Assembly: GCA_963823655.1 (NCBI GenBank)
Contig: CAWGMK010000013.1
Coordinates: 288,001 to 352,000 of the forward strand
DNA from: an uncultured Bacillota bacterium
GTDB lineage: Bacteria; Bacillota; DTU025; MWDF01
DNA length: 64,000 bases
Reading direction: 5' to 3'
The position numbers and the translations under genes are program-made. The notes beneath the pieces were generated by a model that saw nothing but the letters and a program-made list of their open reading frames with translations, was not told the DNA's origin and did not search any database. Below are positions 41,349 to 51,134 of this stretch, one piece after another (positions within the stretch are counted from its first letter, which is position 1; each line of letters opens with the position of its first letter).

Positions 41349-41769
41349 TTGAAGAAGATTCTAGTAGTAGCTTTCGTACTAGCACTCGTCGCGGTGGTTT
41401 CCCTTGCAGTCTACGCAGCGGTACCCACACTAACCGTACCAGGCGTGAATGCCAAGGACGATCTGCCCAAAGGTTGCGTGGATTGCCACGTCAAGTCCGG
41501 TAGCACCGATATCGACGATCCTGGCCGGCATGAAGAAGCTCATCGCCGCAGGCACGCATCCCAAGGCCCCGGATACCATGGTAGACGAGCTCAAGGACTG
41601 CTACGGCTGCCACAAGGCGGGAGCCGCGGCCGGAACCGTAGGTACTGTAGTCCATGTATCGCACTTCACCGGCGCCAACAACGCATTCGTGAAGGCTTAC
41701 AGCGGCAACTGCACCTGGTGCCACAGCGTCGACCTCACAAAGGGTGTCGTCGGAGTCAAGGGCAAGTAA
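41349..41769 (+). CDS. Secreted triheme c-type cytochrome (indel near 41512)
   Basis: TTG start after AGGAGG and a Sec signal peptide. CVDCH lies in the first frame; CYGCH and CTWCH plus three extra His lie in the next. Confidence 0.8.
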
Positions 41770-41787
41770 CTAGCGTCGCATAAAGAT

Positions 41788-41819
41788 TGGAGGGCGGTTT
41801 TCCGCCCTCCATTTTCTTT
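41788..41819. terminator. Terminator between convergent cytochrome and SLH genes
   Basis: TGGAGGGCGG-TTTT-CCGCCCTCCA followed by TTTTCTTT. Confidence 0.8.
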
Positions 41820-41846
41820 GTACTTAAGTAGTTGTGCGGCCTCCCT

Positions 41847-44079
41847 CTACGGTGTGACGGGAAGGAATATCGCAACGACGCCCACTATGATTCCCAGCAC
41901 GCCCAGTATCAGGCCGGTTATCCCAAGGCCCTTGATCTTCTTCATCTCCGCTTGCATGCTCTGATTCTGCTCCGCAAGCTGGCCCTCAAGGGACTTTATC
42001 TGGCTGTTGAGCTTGGCTTCCCTCTCCTGGGCCTGTATGTCTATGTCGTCCTTCTGGTCGATTGACGCCTTCTCCAGGTCCTTGAGCTTGGCATCGGTCT
42101 TCACTTGCATATCGGCAAGCTTCGCCTCAAGAGTCTCCTGCTTTATCTTCAGCCTGTTAAGATCGTCGCTCACTAACACCAGGAGCTTCGTCGTCGACTC
42201 GAGGTTGGATTTGAGAACATCAACCGAAGTCTCCAGCCTGGTAAGCCTGGACTCGATTGCCGCCACCTTCTCTTTAAGCGACGTTATGCTCGCGTTGGCG
42301 GTATCCATCGCCACCCTTAAGCCTGCTATCGAGAGGCCCAGCTCCGAATCTGCGTCCTGCAGCTCGATGGCGTTTCTTACTATCATAGCCTTGGAATCGG
42401 AGTCCACCTGGCTTATGGTGGCCTTCAGCTTCGCGATTTCGGACGTGAGCTTAGCATCCGAGTCAGCCCTTGTAGCCTTTTCCGCGTCGAGCAGCTGGAG
42501 CGCATTCTGGTATGATGTGCCCCCTTCCGCCGACAGGGCCGCCTTGAGTGCCGCCGCTTCCGTCTTTCTCTCCTGCTTCTCGTTCTCAAGTGCTAGCTGC
42601 AGGCCTGCCGCCGCCTTCTCTATATCGGCGCCAAGCACTTTGTTCAGCATTTCAAGCCTAGTCGCGGTAAGGACATCGGCATCGGCCCTGAACCTCGCCT
42701 CATCGCTTATCAGACCCTTTAGCGCCTCCACCGCCGATGCCAAATTCCTATCATTTTCTGCATCAGTTGAAGCCAGGTTCTTATCGTTTTCTGCGTCGGT
42801 TGATGCAAGCATCGCTGACAGGGAATCAAGCTTAGCCGACAGAGAATCAAGCTTTACTTCCAAAGCCTTCCTGCTGCTGCTCTCGGTCTCGATATAGGCA
42901 GAGAGGTTGGTGACGGCCTTGTCGATATCCTGCCCTAACGCGGCCTTTATCGCTTCAATCTCCCTGTCCATCGCGGCCAATTTGCTGTCAGTTTCGGCCA
43001 GCGCGGACTTCAGCCCGACTATTGAGGCATCGAGCTTCGCCGCCTTGCCATCGCCTTCTAGTTTGATTGCGTCCATCAGCTTCTGTGCGGCCGTCGCCTC
43101 ATCTGCCATAGCCTTGTTGAGCTCGGCAACCTGCACCTGCAGCGATTTGCCCCAGCTTTCCTCTACAGACTTTGAGGTCGGCATCGAAGCCGGCGGCCAT
43201 CGCGGCATGCTCCGCGCTCGCCCATTCCCTTAGGGACGCGACTGCTGATGCGAGATCCTCGGCCGTCTCGTCCTCCAGGGTTCCGACCCTGGTCTCGAGC
43301 GCCTTCCTGCTTGCAATCTCAGCTTCCAGGTAGTTAGACAGCTCGGTCACTGATTTGTCTATATCGTCGGACATAACCGCTTTAAGGGTTTCAAGCTCGA
43401 CCGACAGGCCGCTTATTACGGCATCAGTCTTGGCCTGCGCGCTCTCCAGCCCCTTAAGGGCTAAGCCTGTCTCTGCCTTGCTCTCATCGCCCTGCTTCTT
43501 CAATGAGTCGATGAGCTTCCTCTCGGCTGCCGCCTCTTCCTGCATGGCGACCATGAGAGCGGCTAACCCTTTCTCGGTGGTCTCAAGCGACTTGTCCATT
43601 GCGACTATACGTTCCGCTTGATCCTCCAGGTCATCCAGGATGCCTGCCGCTTCGGCCTTCCGCTCCTGCCTTTCGGCTGTGAGGGATTTGCCGGCCTCAA
43701 GCTCGGCCTTCTCGAGTTCTTTCACCCTTGTGTCGAGGGCGGCGAGCAGGGGCACCATCTCGCCTCTTAGCTCATTTGCCACCTCGCGCAGCACTCCCAT
43801 ATCCTCTTCGGTTGCCGTAACGGTCCCCTTTTCAAGGTCAGTAAGCATCTTTGATACTACGAATGCCAGCAGGTACCTGCTCACGGGCTCATCGCCCTTG
43901 AACGAGCCGTCATTGTAGACGCCAAGGTACCCCTTCTCTACCAGGCTCATAACCGCTTCATATGCCCAGTGGTCTTTGGTTATGTCGGTGACTACTGGCG
44001 CGGCAGCCGCCCCCAGCGACATGATAATAGCCATCATGATGCTTATGACCGCCACAATGCGGCCCTTTGATGAAAACAT
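41847..44079 (-). CDS. SLH-domain / long coiled-coil / C-terminal TM protein (indel near 43150-43200)
   Basis: Signal peptide, SLH (TDITKDHWAYEAVMSLVEKGYLGVYNDGSFKGDEPVSRY), about 600 aa of heptad-rich helix, and terminal KKIKGLGITGLILGVLGIIVGVVAIF. Confidence 0.82.
42744..42809 (-). repeat. Intragenic 33-bp tandem duplication
   Basis: Encodes LASTDAENDKN-LASTDAENDRN. Confidence 0.85.
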
Positions 44080-44097
44080 TTCAGGCACCTCCGGTCT

Positions 44098-46076
44098 CTA
44101 CTTTATTATCGCCATAAGGCCGTCGTTTTGAACCGGCAGCTGCTTTCCTGCCGCGTCGAAGGCCTTTACGTTCTCCATTCTTATTGTCATCCTGCCCGGT
44201 CCCGCAATTTTGAAATCTATGCTGGCTAACACCCCTGTCGGCTCCCCGCCGGGAAGGAATGAGCAGCTTATACCCCTGATGGCTTTGCCTTCGACCTTGC
44301 CTTGCACAAGTCCCGGGGAAGTGCCGTCGGGCAGTAGCATAAGAGCGCCTGCTGCAACCGGTTTGCGTCCAAGAAGGGCCAATGCCTCGCCCTCCCAGAC
44401 TATGTCGAACTCGATCTTGGCGACTCCTGAGAGCCTTAGGGCCGATACCTTCGCCTCTATGAAGCCGTCGCTGAAGGCGCCCAGCTCCAAGGATATGGAA
44501 CGCGTGGGGGAAGGCACCGATGCCGCCGACTGCGCCGCGACCTGCTTCACATTCGAGGCGGCCGCCTTCGCCTTGAACTGCACCGCCTGGGATCCGGGAA
44601 GTGGGGAAATGAACCAGGCGGATTCGTAGCTCATGCCCGGCAGGAAGTGCCCCAGCTGCCTTCCTTGTGAGTCTCCGGGAAGAAGCCTTGCTCCCGTCAG
44701 CTCCAAGGGAGGCCTCTGTCCAGTAGGCCGCCGAGTCGCCCAGGTTGCTTATCTGGGCTGTGACGGGATAGGATTCTTTCAGCGCTCCAGCTGCGTCAAG
44801 TTTTATCTCCGGGATTATCAACCTTAACGAAAGCCTTGGGGGTGAAAGTACCTCTACGGATCTGGTAATGGAATTGCCCTCAGCATTTGAGGATTCCGCT
44901 TTTAACTTCAGCTGAAGCGCGCCGAACGTCTTGCCGTCGGTCTTCAGCCTCCATGAAAGCTGGGTAATTGCACCCTGCTTCATATCCCCGACTGAGCGTA
45001 CAAGCTCCGATCCTGCCATGGGTTCAAGGCCTTTTGGCAGCTCAAGTGACACTTTAACATCGAGCGCCGGCCCTTTGCCCGTGTTTTGAATATATGCCAC
45101 AACGGTAAATGAGCTCTCCTGCCCCTCCTGAGGCGCCGCCACTTCCGCAGGCGCCGCAAGGCCCAGCGACAGGTTTCCGGGCGCCACTACTATGCCGCCC
45201 AGGCCGTAATAAGTCACAAGCGTTACTTGTGAGCCGGGCTGCAACACATAGCCGTCCCAGTACATCGCGGCCGCCGAGTCCAGGTCGAATTCGCCCTCTC
45301 TTGTGAAATCGCGTCCCGGCACCAAGCCTAACGTCCCACAGGCTGTCGGCGAAAGCTCCCCAGTTGCTGAAGATTACGGAACCCGGAGGAGTAAGCTCTT
45401 TGCCGATAAGCGTTGCCTGAGAAGTGACCGAAGGCTCTGCAAGGGAGTCGAAGGCCTGCCAGAAGTCTGGAAGCGTGCCGCCCGTAAAGTTCCTGTCCGA
45501 GACTATGGTGCTCTCGCCGGCCCTAAGTGGTGCGCCGTCATTCTTGCCCAGCATCGTATCGAGCATTAGCCTCAGCCCGACTGCTGCGGGCACAATTCCC
45601 TCGTTTTTCAGGGTGTAGGCGATCCTGACAGTGTCATTGTAGCCGGTCATGTGGTTCCTGGCGAATGATAGGTCCTGCGTGGCCCTTATATTCCCTAGCA
45701 TGTAGGAAGTCGTAATAGAGCTGCCCTTGGCGGCGGGCGCCACGGCTACTGAGCCGTACTTGCCCCCCGCTCCGGCCCTCTTCGAAGCTTTGCCGCCGAA
45801 TACCCAGTCCTGGCCGTCGATCCTGACAGTCGTATAGCTTGTCCAGGGCACCGGCCGCCCATATATCAGCGGCAGGTTGTCGTCATTCGGGTTTGCGGGG
45901 TCCCCCCCGGTAGTCTCGACGCCGAACCTGCCGTTCTCGCTCGTTTCAGCATTGACTATTATCTTTATGAACTCATTCGAAATCACAACAGACGAAGCGG
46001 CGCTCGCGGATATCGCGACTGCTCCCAGAAGGAGCGCCACCGCCGCTGTAAGTGCCAGGGTCCTTGCTCTGCTCAT
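44098..46076 (-). CDS. Secreted multi-domain beta-rich protein with Ig-like (CARDB/NEW3-type) modules and a cohesin-like C-terminus (two indels)
   Basis: Signal peptide, VGLRLMLDTMLGKNDGAP, VAYIQNTGKGPALDVKVSLELPKGL, and C-terminal GVLASIDFKIAGPGRMTIRMENVKAFDAAG. Confidence 0.65.
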
Positions 46077-46090
46077 CGGGCATGCCCCTC

Positions 46091-46888
46091 CTAATCCAAG
46101 AATGAAGCACTGATAAAGCGCTGTTCGGTCCTGGCTACCGGCTGCATCCTGAACGACACTTCGATTACAACCTTGTAAGCCCTCTCGGCGCTTTTAAATG
46201 TCCAGTATCTTAATATCGTAAGTTCGGCGTTCTTCTTGAGCCACTCGTCATCCGGGCCGGATAGTATGCCTGTGGAGAGTATCTTGCCGTCAGTGCCTAC
46301 CTTAACTTCCACGACAACATCGCCCTCGCTCGCAGAGCTCTGCGACTCTTTGGGGTAGGCTACCTCCCGTTTGGAGGCCACCATCGCCTCTCCGGTGGGA
46401 TCGTCCCCGGGGAATGCCGGCCTTACCGGCTCGGGCTCCTGCTGAGGTTCCGGTTGGGAGGTTGCGGGGACTTCCGCGGCATTAGTGGCTTCAACCGGTT
46501 CGGTCTGCACCGCGACGCTGCCCGTTGGCGAAGTCAGCAGCTCATCGGCCTCTTGAGTTATTGGCTCCTTCACTACGGGCTTTATGCTGATGATCGGCTT
46601 TGTGCTCGGTTGAACGGCAGTCTGCGGGGGCTTTACCGTCTCCGGTTTCTTGACTTCGGCCTCCGTCACCGGCGGTTTGGGCTCCTCCTGCGGCAGCGCA
46701 TCCTGCTGCGTCGCATCATCCGGCTCGCCCTTCACCTGCTGCAGCTCGGCCAGCTCGACGACACCCGAGCCTTCAAGCGGCATAAGTTCCACGACGGGTG
46801 CCGGCTGCCATGGTATCAGCAGCAGCAGCGCATGGATCCCCAGTGAGACCAATATTGCCAGTATGTTGTTCGCGGCGCTCTTTTGCAT
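46091..46888 (-). CDS. tonB: Energy transducer TonB
   Basis: TM with S-x3-H (SLGIH), Pro/Glu-rich linker, and TonB_C (YPKES...EGDVVVEVKVGTDG...WTF). Confidence 0.88.
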   Translation of the reverse strand: MQKSAANNILAILVSLGIHALLLLIPWQPAPVVELMPLEGSGVVELAELQQVKGEPDDATQQDALPQEEPKPPVTEAEVKKPETVKPPQTAVQPSTKPIISIKPVVKEPITQEADELLTSPTGSVAVQTEPVEATNAAEVPATSQPEPQQEPEPVRPAFPGDDPTGEAMVASKREVAYPKESQSSASEGDVVVEVKVGTDGKILSTGILSGPDDEWLKKNAELTILRYWTFKSAERAYKVVIEVSFRMQPVARTEQRFISASFLD

Positions 46889-47313
46889 CAGTTGACGCCT
46901 CCAGGCTCCCCTGCCGGTGTCCTTTCGACTGCAAGCGCAAGGTGGACCCCTCCGCCCAGCCTCACAGCATCTACTATGGCTATTAGCTGCTCATACGTTA
47001 CGGATTTATCCGCTTTGATGGCGAAAAGCTCCTCTGCGTCCCTCTCTAACGCCCCTTTGACCTTATCCGCAATTCCTGTGATGTCGGTTGCCTCTTCGCC
47101 GAAGAAGATGCCCCCTTCGGAATCGATCGAGACCATGACGATATCGGAGGCGAGCTCTTTTGGCGTCGCAGCCCTGGGAAGCTCGAGCGGCATTCCTGTG
47201 GTGTTCGTCCTAAACGAGGTGAAGATCATGAAGAAGAAGATCAGGTAGCACATCATATCCACAAGGGGTATGAGGTCCACCCTGGGCTTCCTCTTTCTCC
47301 TTGCGATATTCAT
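46888..47313 (-). CDS. exbD: Biopolymer transport protein ExbD/TolR
   Basis: DLIPLVDMM..LIFFFMI TM with the conserved Asp, and IKADKSVTY. Confidence 0.92.
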   Translation of the reverse strand: MNIARRKRKPRVDLIPLVDMMCYLIFFFMIFTSFRTNTTGMPLELPRAATPKELASDIVMVSIDSEGGIFFGEEATDITGIADKVKGALERDAEELFAIKADKSVTYEQLIAIVDAVRLGGGVHLALAVERTPAGEPGGVN

Positions 47314-47930
47314 CAGGATTCCCTCCCGCCGTCTTGTATGATGTCCACGATCTCGTGTTCTGAGTTGATCATCATTGCGACATGCCTGTCAATCTGGGCC
47401 GTCAGGAAGCTGTGCCCCAAAACGGTGGGGGCTGCCACTATAAGGCCGGCAGCGGTGGTGATGAGCGCTTCCGCTATTCCGCCTGCCAGCTGTGATGGCG
47501 CCGTTATGCCTCCTAGGGCATTCAGCACGTTGAAGCTTCTGATCATGCCGGTTACAGTGCCCAGCAGCCCCAGTAGAGGGGCGATGGTCGCCGTGGTCTC
47601 AAGCACGAGCATGTTCTTCTCCATGTTGTAGACTTCGTTCTGCGCGGTCCTTTCGAGGATCTCCTTCAGCGCGTCCTTATCGACGTCGTGCGCCTGCAGC
47701 GCCACCCTTGCCATGGCGGCGACCGGGCCTCTGAAGCTTCGAAGCATAGTCAGAGCCTCGAGGCTTCCTCCTTTGAGGTATGAGTTGCGCAAAGTCTTCA
47801 GGACTTTCTCCGGATCGCTGGGCAATATGCCAAGCTGTATTACTTTGATGATAATCACTGCCAGTGAGAATACGGAGCTGAGTAGTATCGGGTACATAAC
47901 CCAGCCGCCCATGCGAAATAGCTCAACCAT
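47313..47930 (-). CDS. exbB: MotA/TolQ/ExbB proton channel protein
   Basis: GGWVMYPI, APLLGLLGTVTGMI and GIAEALITTAAGL. Confidence 0.93.
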   Translation of the reverse strand: MVELFRMGGWVMYPILLSSVFSLAVIIIKVIQLGILPSDPEKVLKTLRNSYLKGGSLEALTMLRSFRGPVAAMARVALQAHDVDKDALKEILERTAQNEVYNMEKNMLVLETTATIAPLLGLLGTVTGMIRSFNVLNALGGITAPSQLAGGIAEALITTAAGLIVAAPTVLGHSFLTAQIDRHVAMMINSEHEIVDIIQDGGRES

Positions 47931-47956
47931 CTCAATACCTCCACAGATAAGATGTG

Positions 47957-49756
47957 CTAGTCGACCCTCTCAAATAAACTAAACGTCGCTTCTTCCCCTT
48001 TAGTCACGTTTCGGGGGCCGTTAACACCAGAAATACTGTTCTTTTCCCAAGCCTTTAACATCGTATTGGCATGTTGCAGCGCTTCTTTACTAACAGAGCC
48101 TGAGAGCATCCTTGCTATCTCCTGCGACCTTGCATCCTCCTCAAGGCTAACTGCTGAGACGAAGGAGCGCTCCCCGTCATCGGATTTTACTATCAGCATG
48201 TGCCTGTTTGCGGCGGCTGCGATCTGGGCGATGTGAGTAACTGCAAGCGCCTGGGCCCCCGCCGAAACCTCTTTCAGCTTGGCTGCGACGTGGTTTGCGG
48301 CGGCACCGCCCACGCCCTGGTCCACCTCATCGAACACCATCACGGTGTCGTTTTCCTGATGCTTCATTCCGGCGACCTTGAATGCCAGCATGAAGCGTGA
48401 AAGCTCGCCTCCGGAGGCCACTTTGGCAAGTGGCTTGGGATCCTCCCCCACATTGGCCGAGAAAAGGAATTCTACCTTCTCCAGGCCCGATAAGGAGGCC
48501 CATTTGCCCTCGCCCGCATCGAAACCTTCCGATCCGGTTCTAGCTGATAACGAGGCTACGAATCTCGCCTTGGGCATCATAAGCTCTGTAAGCTGCCTTT
48601 CGACCAGTCCCGACAGGTCTTGCGAGGCTTTCTGCCTTGCCCCGCTCAACTGGTCCATCAGGCTTAGCATTATTGACCTTTTCAATTCCAGGTCCATCCT
48701 TGCAGAATCGGTGCGGATTTCGAGCTCTCTTAGCTCCGCCGCCTCCGCCTTGCATCTCTGGCAGAAAGCGCCCAGCTCATCGGCCTCAAGCCCGAACTTC
48801 CTCTTCATTTTGCCTATGTCGGCGAGCCTTCCTTCCACCTCGGCGGCCCTGGCGGGGTCCAGGTCCAGTGAATCGCGAATCCTGCGAGCAGCCTCCGCCG
48901 CATCGGTTAGGGCATCCACTGCAGCCGCAAGAGGATCAAGGGCGTCTTTCACATCTAAGCCCAACCTGCCTGCCGAAATGATGCCATCAAGCGCTGACCT
49001 GGCCAAATCAAGGGCAGAATGCTCGTCGGATCCCGTTTCGTAAAGCGCGGAGTATGCCAAAGAGAGCGCCTCGAACAGCTTGCCGGAGTTAGCGAGCACC
49101 TTGGCCTCGGCCAGGAGCTCAACCTCCTCGCCGGGTTTGACGGATGCGTCATCCAGTTCTTTTATCTGATACTCCAGAAAGTCCAGCCTCGACTGCCGGT
49201 CCTTGGCCTTAGCCATAAGTGAGTCCAGCCCGTCTGCCGCCTGCCTCCATGACTTGAATGCCTCAGAAGAGCCTTTCAAGAAACCTTTGCCCTCTTCGGT
49301 GAGGAAAGTGTCAACTGCGGTAAGCTGAGCCGCGGGCCTTGTCATGCCCAGCCCGTCGTGCTGCCCGAAGATGTCGATTAGGCTTTCGGCGACTTGGGCG
49401 AGCTCGCCTGCGCTCACCAGCGTCCCGTCAATCCTGGCCCTCGATTTGCCGTTTTTCTGGACCTCGCGGGAAAGAATCACTATGCCCTGGGCATCTACAT
49501 CCAGCTCCAGGGCCGCAAGGGCGGCTTTGGCCCTTTCGTTATATGTTATGTCGAAAGCCGCCTCTACTGCGGCGGCTTCGGTGCCCCTTTTGACATTTTG
49601 CGCATCGGCCCTGCCCCCGGCGATGAGCGCCAGGCAGTCGACTATGAGCGACTTGCCGGCCCCCGTCTCGCCCGTCAGCACATTCAGGCCTTTTGCGAAT
49701 TCAAGCTCTATGTCGTCAATCAGGGCGAAATCCTTGACTTTCAGCGACTTGAGCAT
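47957..49756 (-). CDS. recN: DNA repair protein RecN
   Basis: TGETGAGKS, DIFGQHD, SGGELSR, FDEVDQGVGG and EIARML. Confidence 0.96.
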   Translation of the reverse strand: MLKSLKVKDFALIDDIELEFAKGLNVLTGETGAGKSLIVDCLALIAGGRADAQNVKRGTEAAAVEAAFDITYNERAKAALAALELDVDAQGIVILSREVQKNGKSRARIDGTLVSAGELAQVAESLIDIFGQHDGLGMTRPAAQLTAVDTFLTEEGKGFLKGSSEAFKSWRQAADGLDSLMAKAKDRQSRLDFLEYQIKELDDASVKPGEEVELLAEAKVLANSGKLFEALSLAYSALYETGSDEHSALDLARSALDGIISAGRLGLDVKDALDPLAAAVDALTDAAEAARRIRDSLDLDPARAAEVEGRLADIGKMKRKFGLEADELGAFCQRCKAEAAELRELEIRTDSARMDLELKRSIMLSLMDQLSGARQKASQDLSGLVERQLTELMMPKARFVASLSARTGSEGFDAGEGKWASLSGLEKVEFLFSANVGEDPKPLAKVASGGELSRFMLAFKVAGMKHQENDTVMVFDEVDQGVGGAAANHVAAKLKEVSAGAQALAVTHIAQIAAAANRHMLIVKSDDGERSFVSAVSLEEDARSQEIARMLSGSVSKEALQHANTMLKAWEKNSISGVNGPRNVTKGEEATFSLFERVD

Positions 49757-49783
49757 GCGCACCTCCTGGTGCGAAGATTATTT

Positions 49784-50236
49784 CTATCTTCTAAGGGAAT
49801 CCAGCTTCCTAACAACCTCGGCGACTGCCTCTTTGGGCTTAACGACCATGAATATGTTGTCGTCGCCGGCAAGCGTCCCCATGATTTCCTTCCAGCTGAG
49901 CTCGTCGAGCACGGCGGCAACCGCATGGGCGGCCCCGATTACGGTCTTAATCACGACCAGGTTCTCGCTGTCTTGAATGCTGACTACGTCGTCCTTCATG
50001 ACTCGCTCGATCCTTTTATTCAGGTTCTCAAGGTTGCGCTCCTCAGGGGCAGTATATTTATACCTGCCGTTGCTTGCGGGCCCCTTGACCAGCTCAAGCT
50101 CCTTAAGGTCCCTGGAGACGGTGGCTTGCGTGACTTCTATGCCGTCTGCTTCAAGCAGCATGGCTAGCTGCTCCTGCGTCTCAACGATATGGGTCCTAAT
50201 CAGCTCAAGTATTTTCTGGTGACGTCTGTGCTTCAT
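49784..50236 (-). CDS. argR: Arginine repressor
   Basis: TQATVSRDLKEL and GTLAGDD. Confidence 0.95.
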   Translation of the reverse strand: MKHRRHQKILELIRTHIVETQEQLAMLLEADGIEVTQATVSRDLKELELVKGPASNGRYKYTAPEERNLENLNKRIERVMKDDVVSIQDSENLVVIKTVIGAAHAVAAVLDELSWKEIMGTLAGDDNIFMVVKPKEAVAEVVRKLDSLRR

Positions 50237-50261
50237 CAGAACACCCCTCAATCAGCGTTTG

Positions 50262-51116
50262 CTATAGACGGCCTTCCTTCAGCCTATCTTTAAGGATACC
50301 GTAAAAATTCCTTTCTCTCAACCGTATAAACAGTGTTGTATATACAGATTTTTTCGCCCTCAGCTCATCGCCTGGCATCAAAGGCAGGTATATCTGCCCG
50401 TCGACCGTCATGACTGCCTCTTCGTTGCACCCCTCCACGACTATCTTTAACCTGCCGTCGCCCTTTACGACTATGGACCGCGAGAAGAGCACATGAGGGC
50501 AGATGAACGTGGCTACCAGCACATCAAGGTCCGGTGAGAGCAGCGGCCCTCCCGCAGAAAGGGAGTACGCCGTGGAGCCGGTGGGAGTAGCTATAATTAT
50601 CCCGTCCCCCGGATACCGCCCGAGATATTCATCGCCGATATACAAACCAAGGGTTATTAGCCTGGACATGCCGCCCTTGCCGATAACTACGTCGTTGAGG
50701 CCCGATATCTCCTCCACTACTTTGCCGCCCCTGATTAGCTGGGCGTCCACCATGGCCCTCTCGTCGATCTGGTACTGGCCCCTGGCGATCATCCTTACCG
50801 CCTCTTTTGGGTCGCCCTCGTGCACTTCGGCAAGGAAGCCCAGATGCCCGAGGTTTATTCCCATCAGCGGGATCTTGTAGTACATCGCCTTCCTCGCGGC
50901 CCCCAGCAGGGTGCCATCGCCGCCGAGCACTATGCAAAAGTCCATGTCTTTGGCGATTTCGGGCTCCCAGTCGAAGGGGATTAGCCCCGCCTCCCCGGCC
51001 ATATGGGAATCACCGAAGACGGCAACGCCCTCCTCTTTGAGGACACTTGCGATGGACCTTGCCAGCTCTATGGAATTCTCCTTGGAAGGATGTGCTATAA
51101 TCGCTGCTTTCGCCAT
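50262..51116 (-). CDS. nadK: NAD kinase
   Basis: GGDGTLL, GHLGFL, NDVV and TPTGSTAYSLSAGGP. Confidence 0.95.
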   Translation of the reverse strand: MAKAAIIAHPSKENSIELARSIASVLKEEGVAVFGDSHMAGEAGLIPFDWEPEIAKDMDFCIVLGGDGTLLGAARKAMYYKIPLMGINLGHLGFLAEVHEGDPKEAVRMIARGQYQIDERAMVDAQLIRGGKVVEEISGLNDVVIGKGGMSRLITLGLYIGDEYLGRYPGDGIIIATPTGSTAYSLSAGGPLLSPDLDVLVATFICPHVLFSRSIVVKGDGRLKIVVEGCNEEAVMTVDGQIYLPLMPGDELRAKKSVYTTLFIRLRERNFYGILKDRLKEGRL

Positions 51117-51134
51117 GCTGCACCTCCTTGGTGT

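Noticed and set aside
42007-42897. Long antisense ORFs (for example 42007-42897, 33158-33955, 12988-13896)
   Set aside because: Shadow ORFs opposite well-supported genes in GC-rich DNA.
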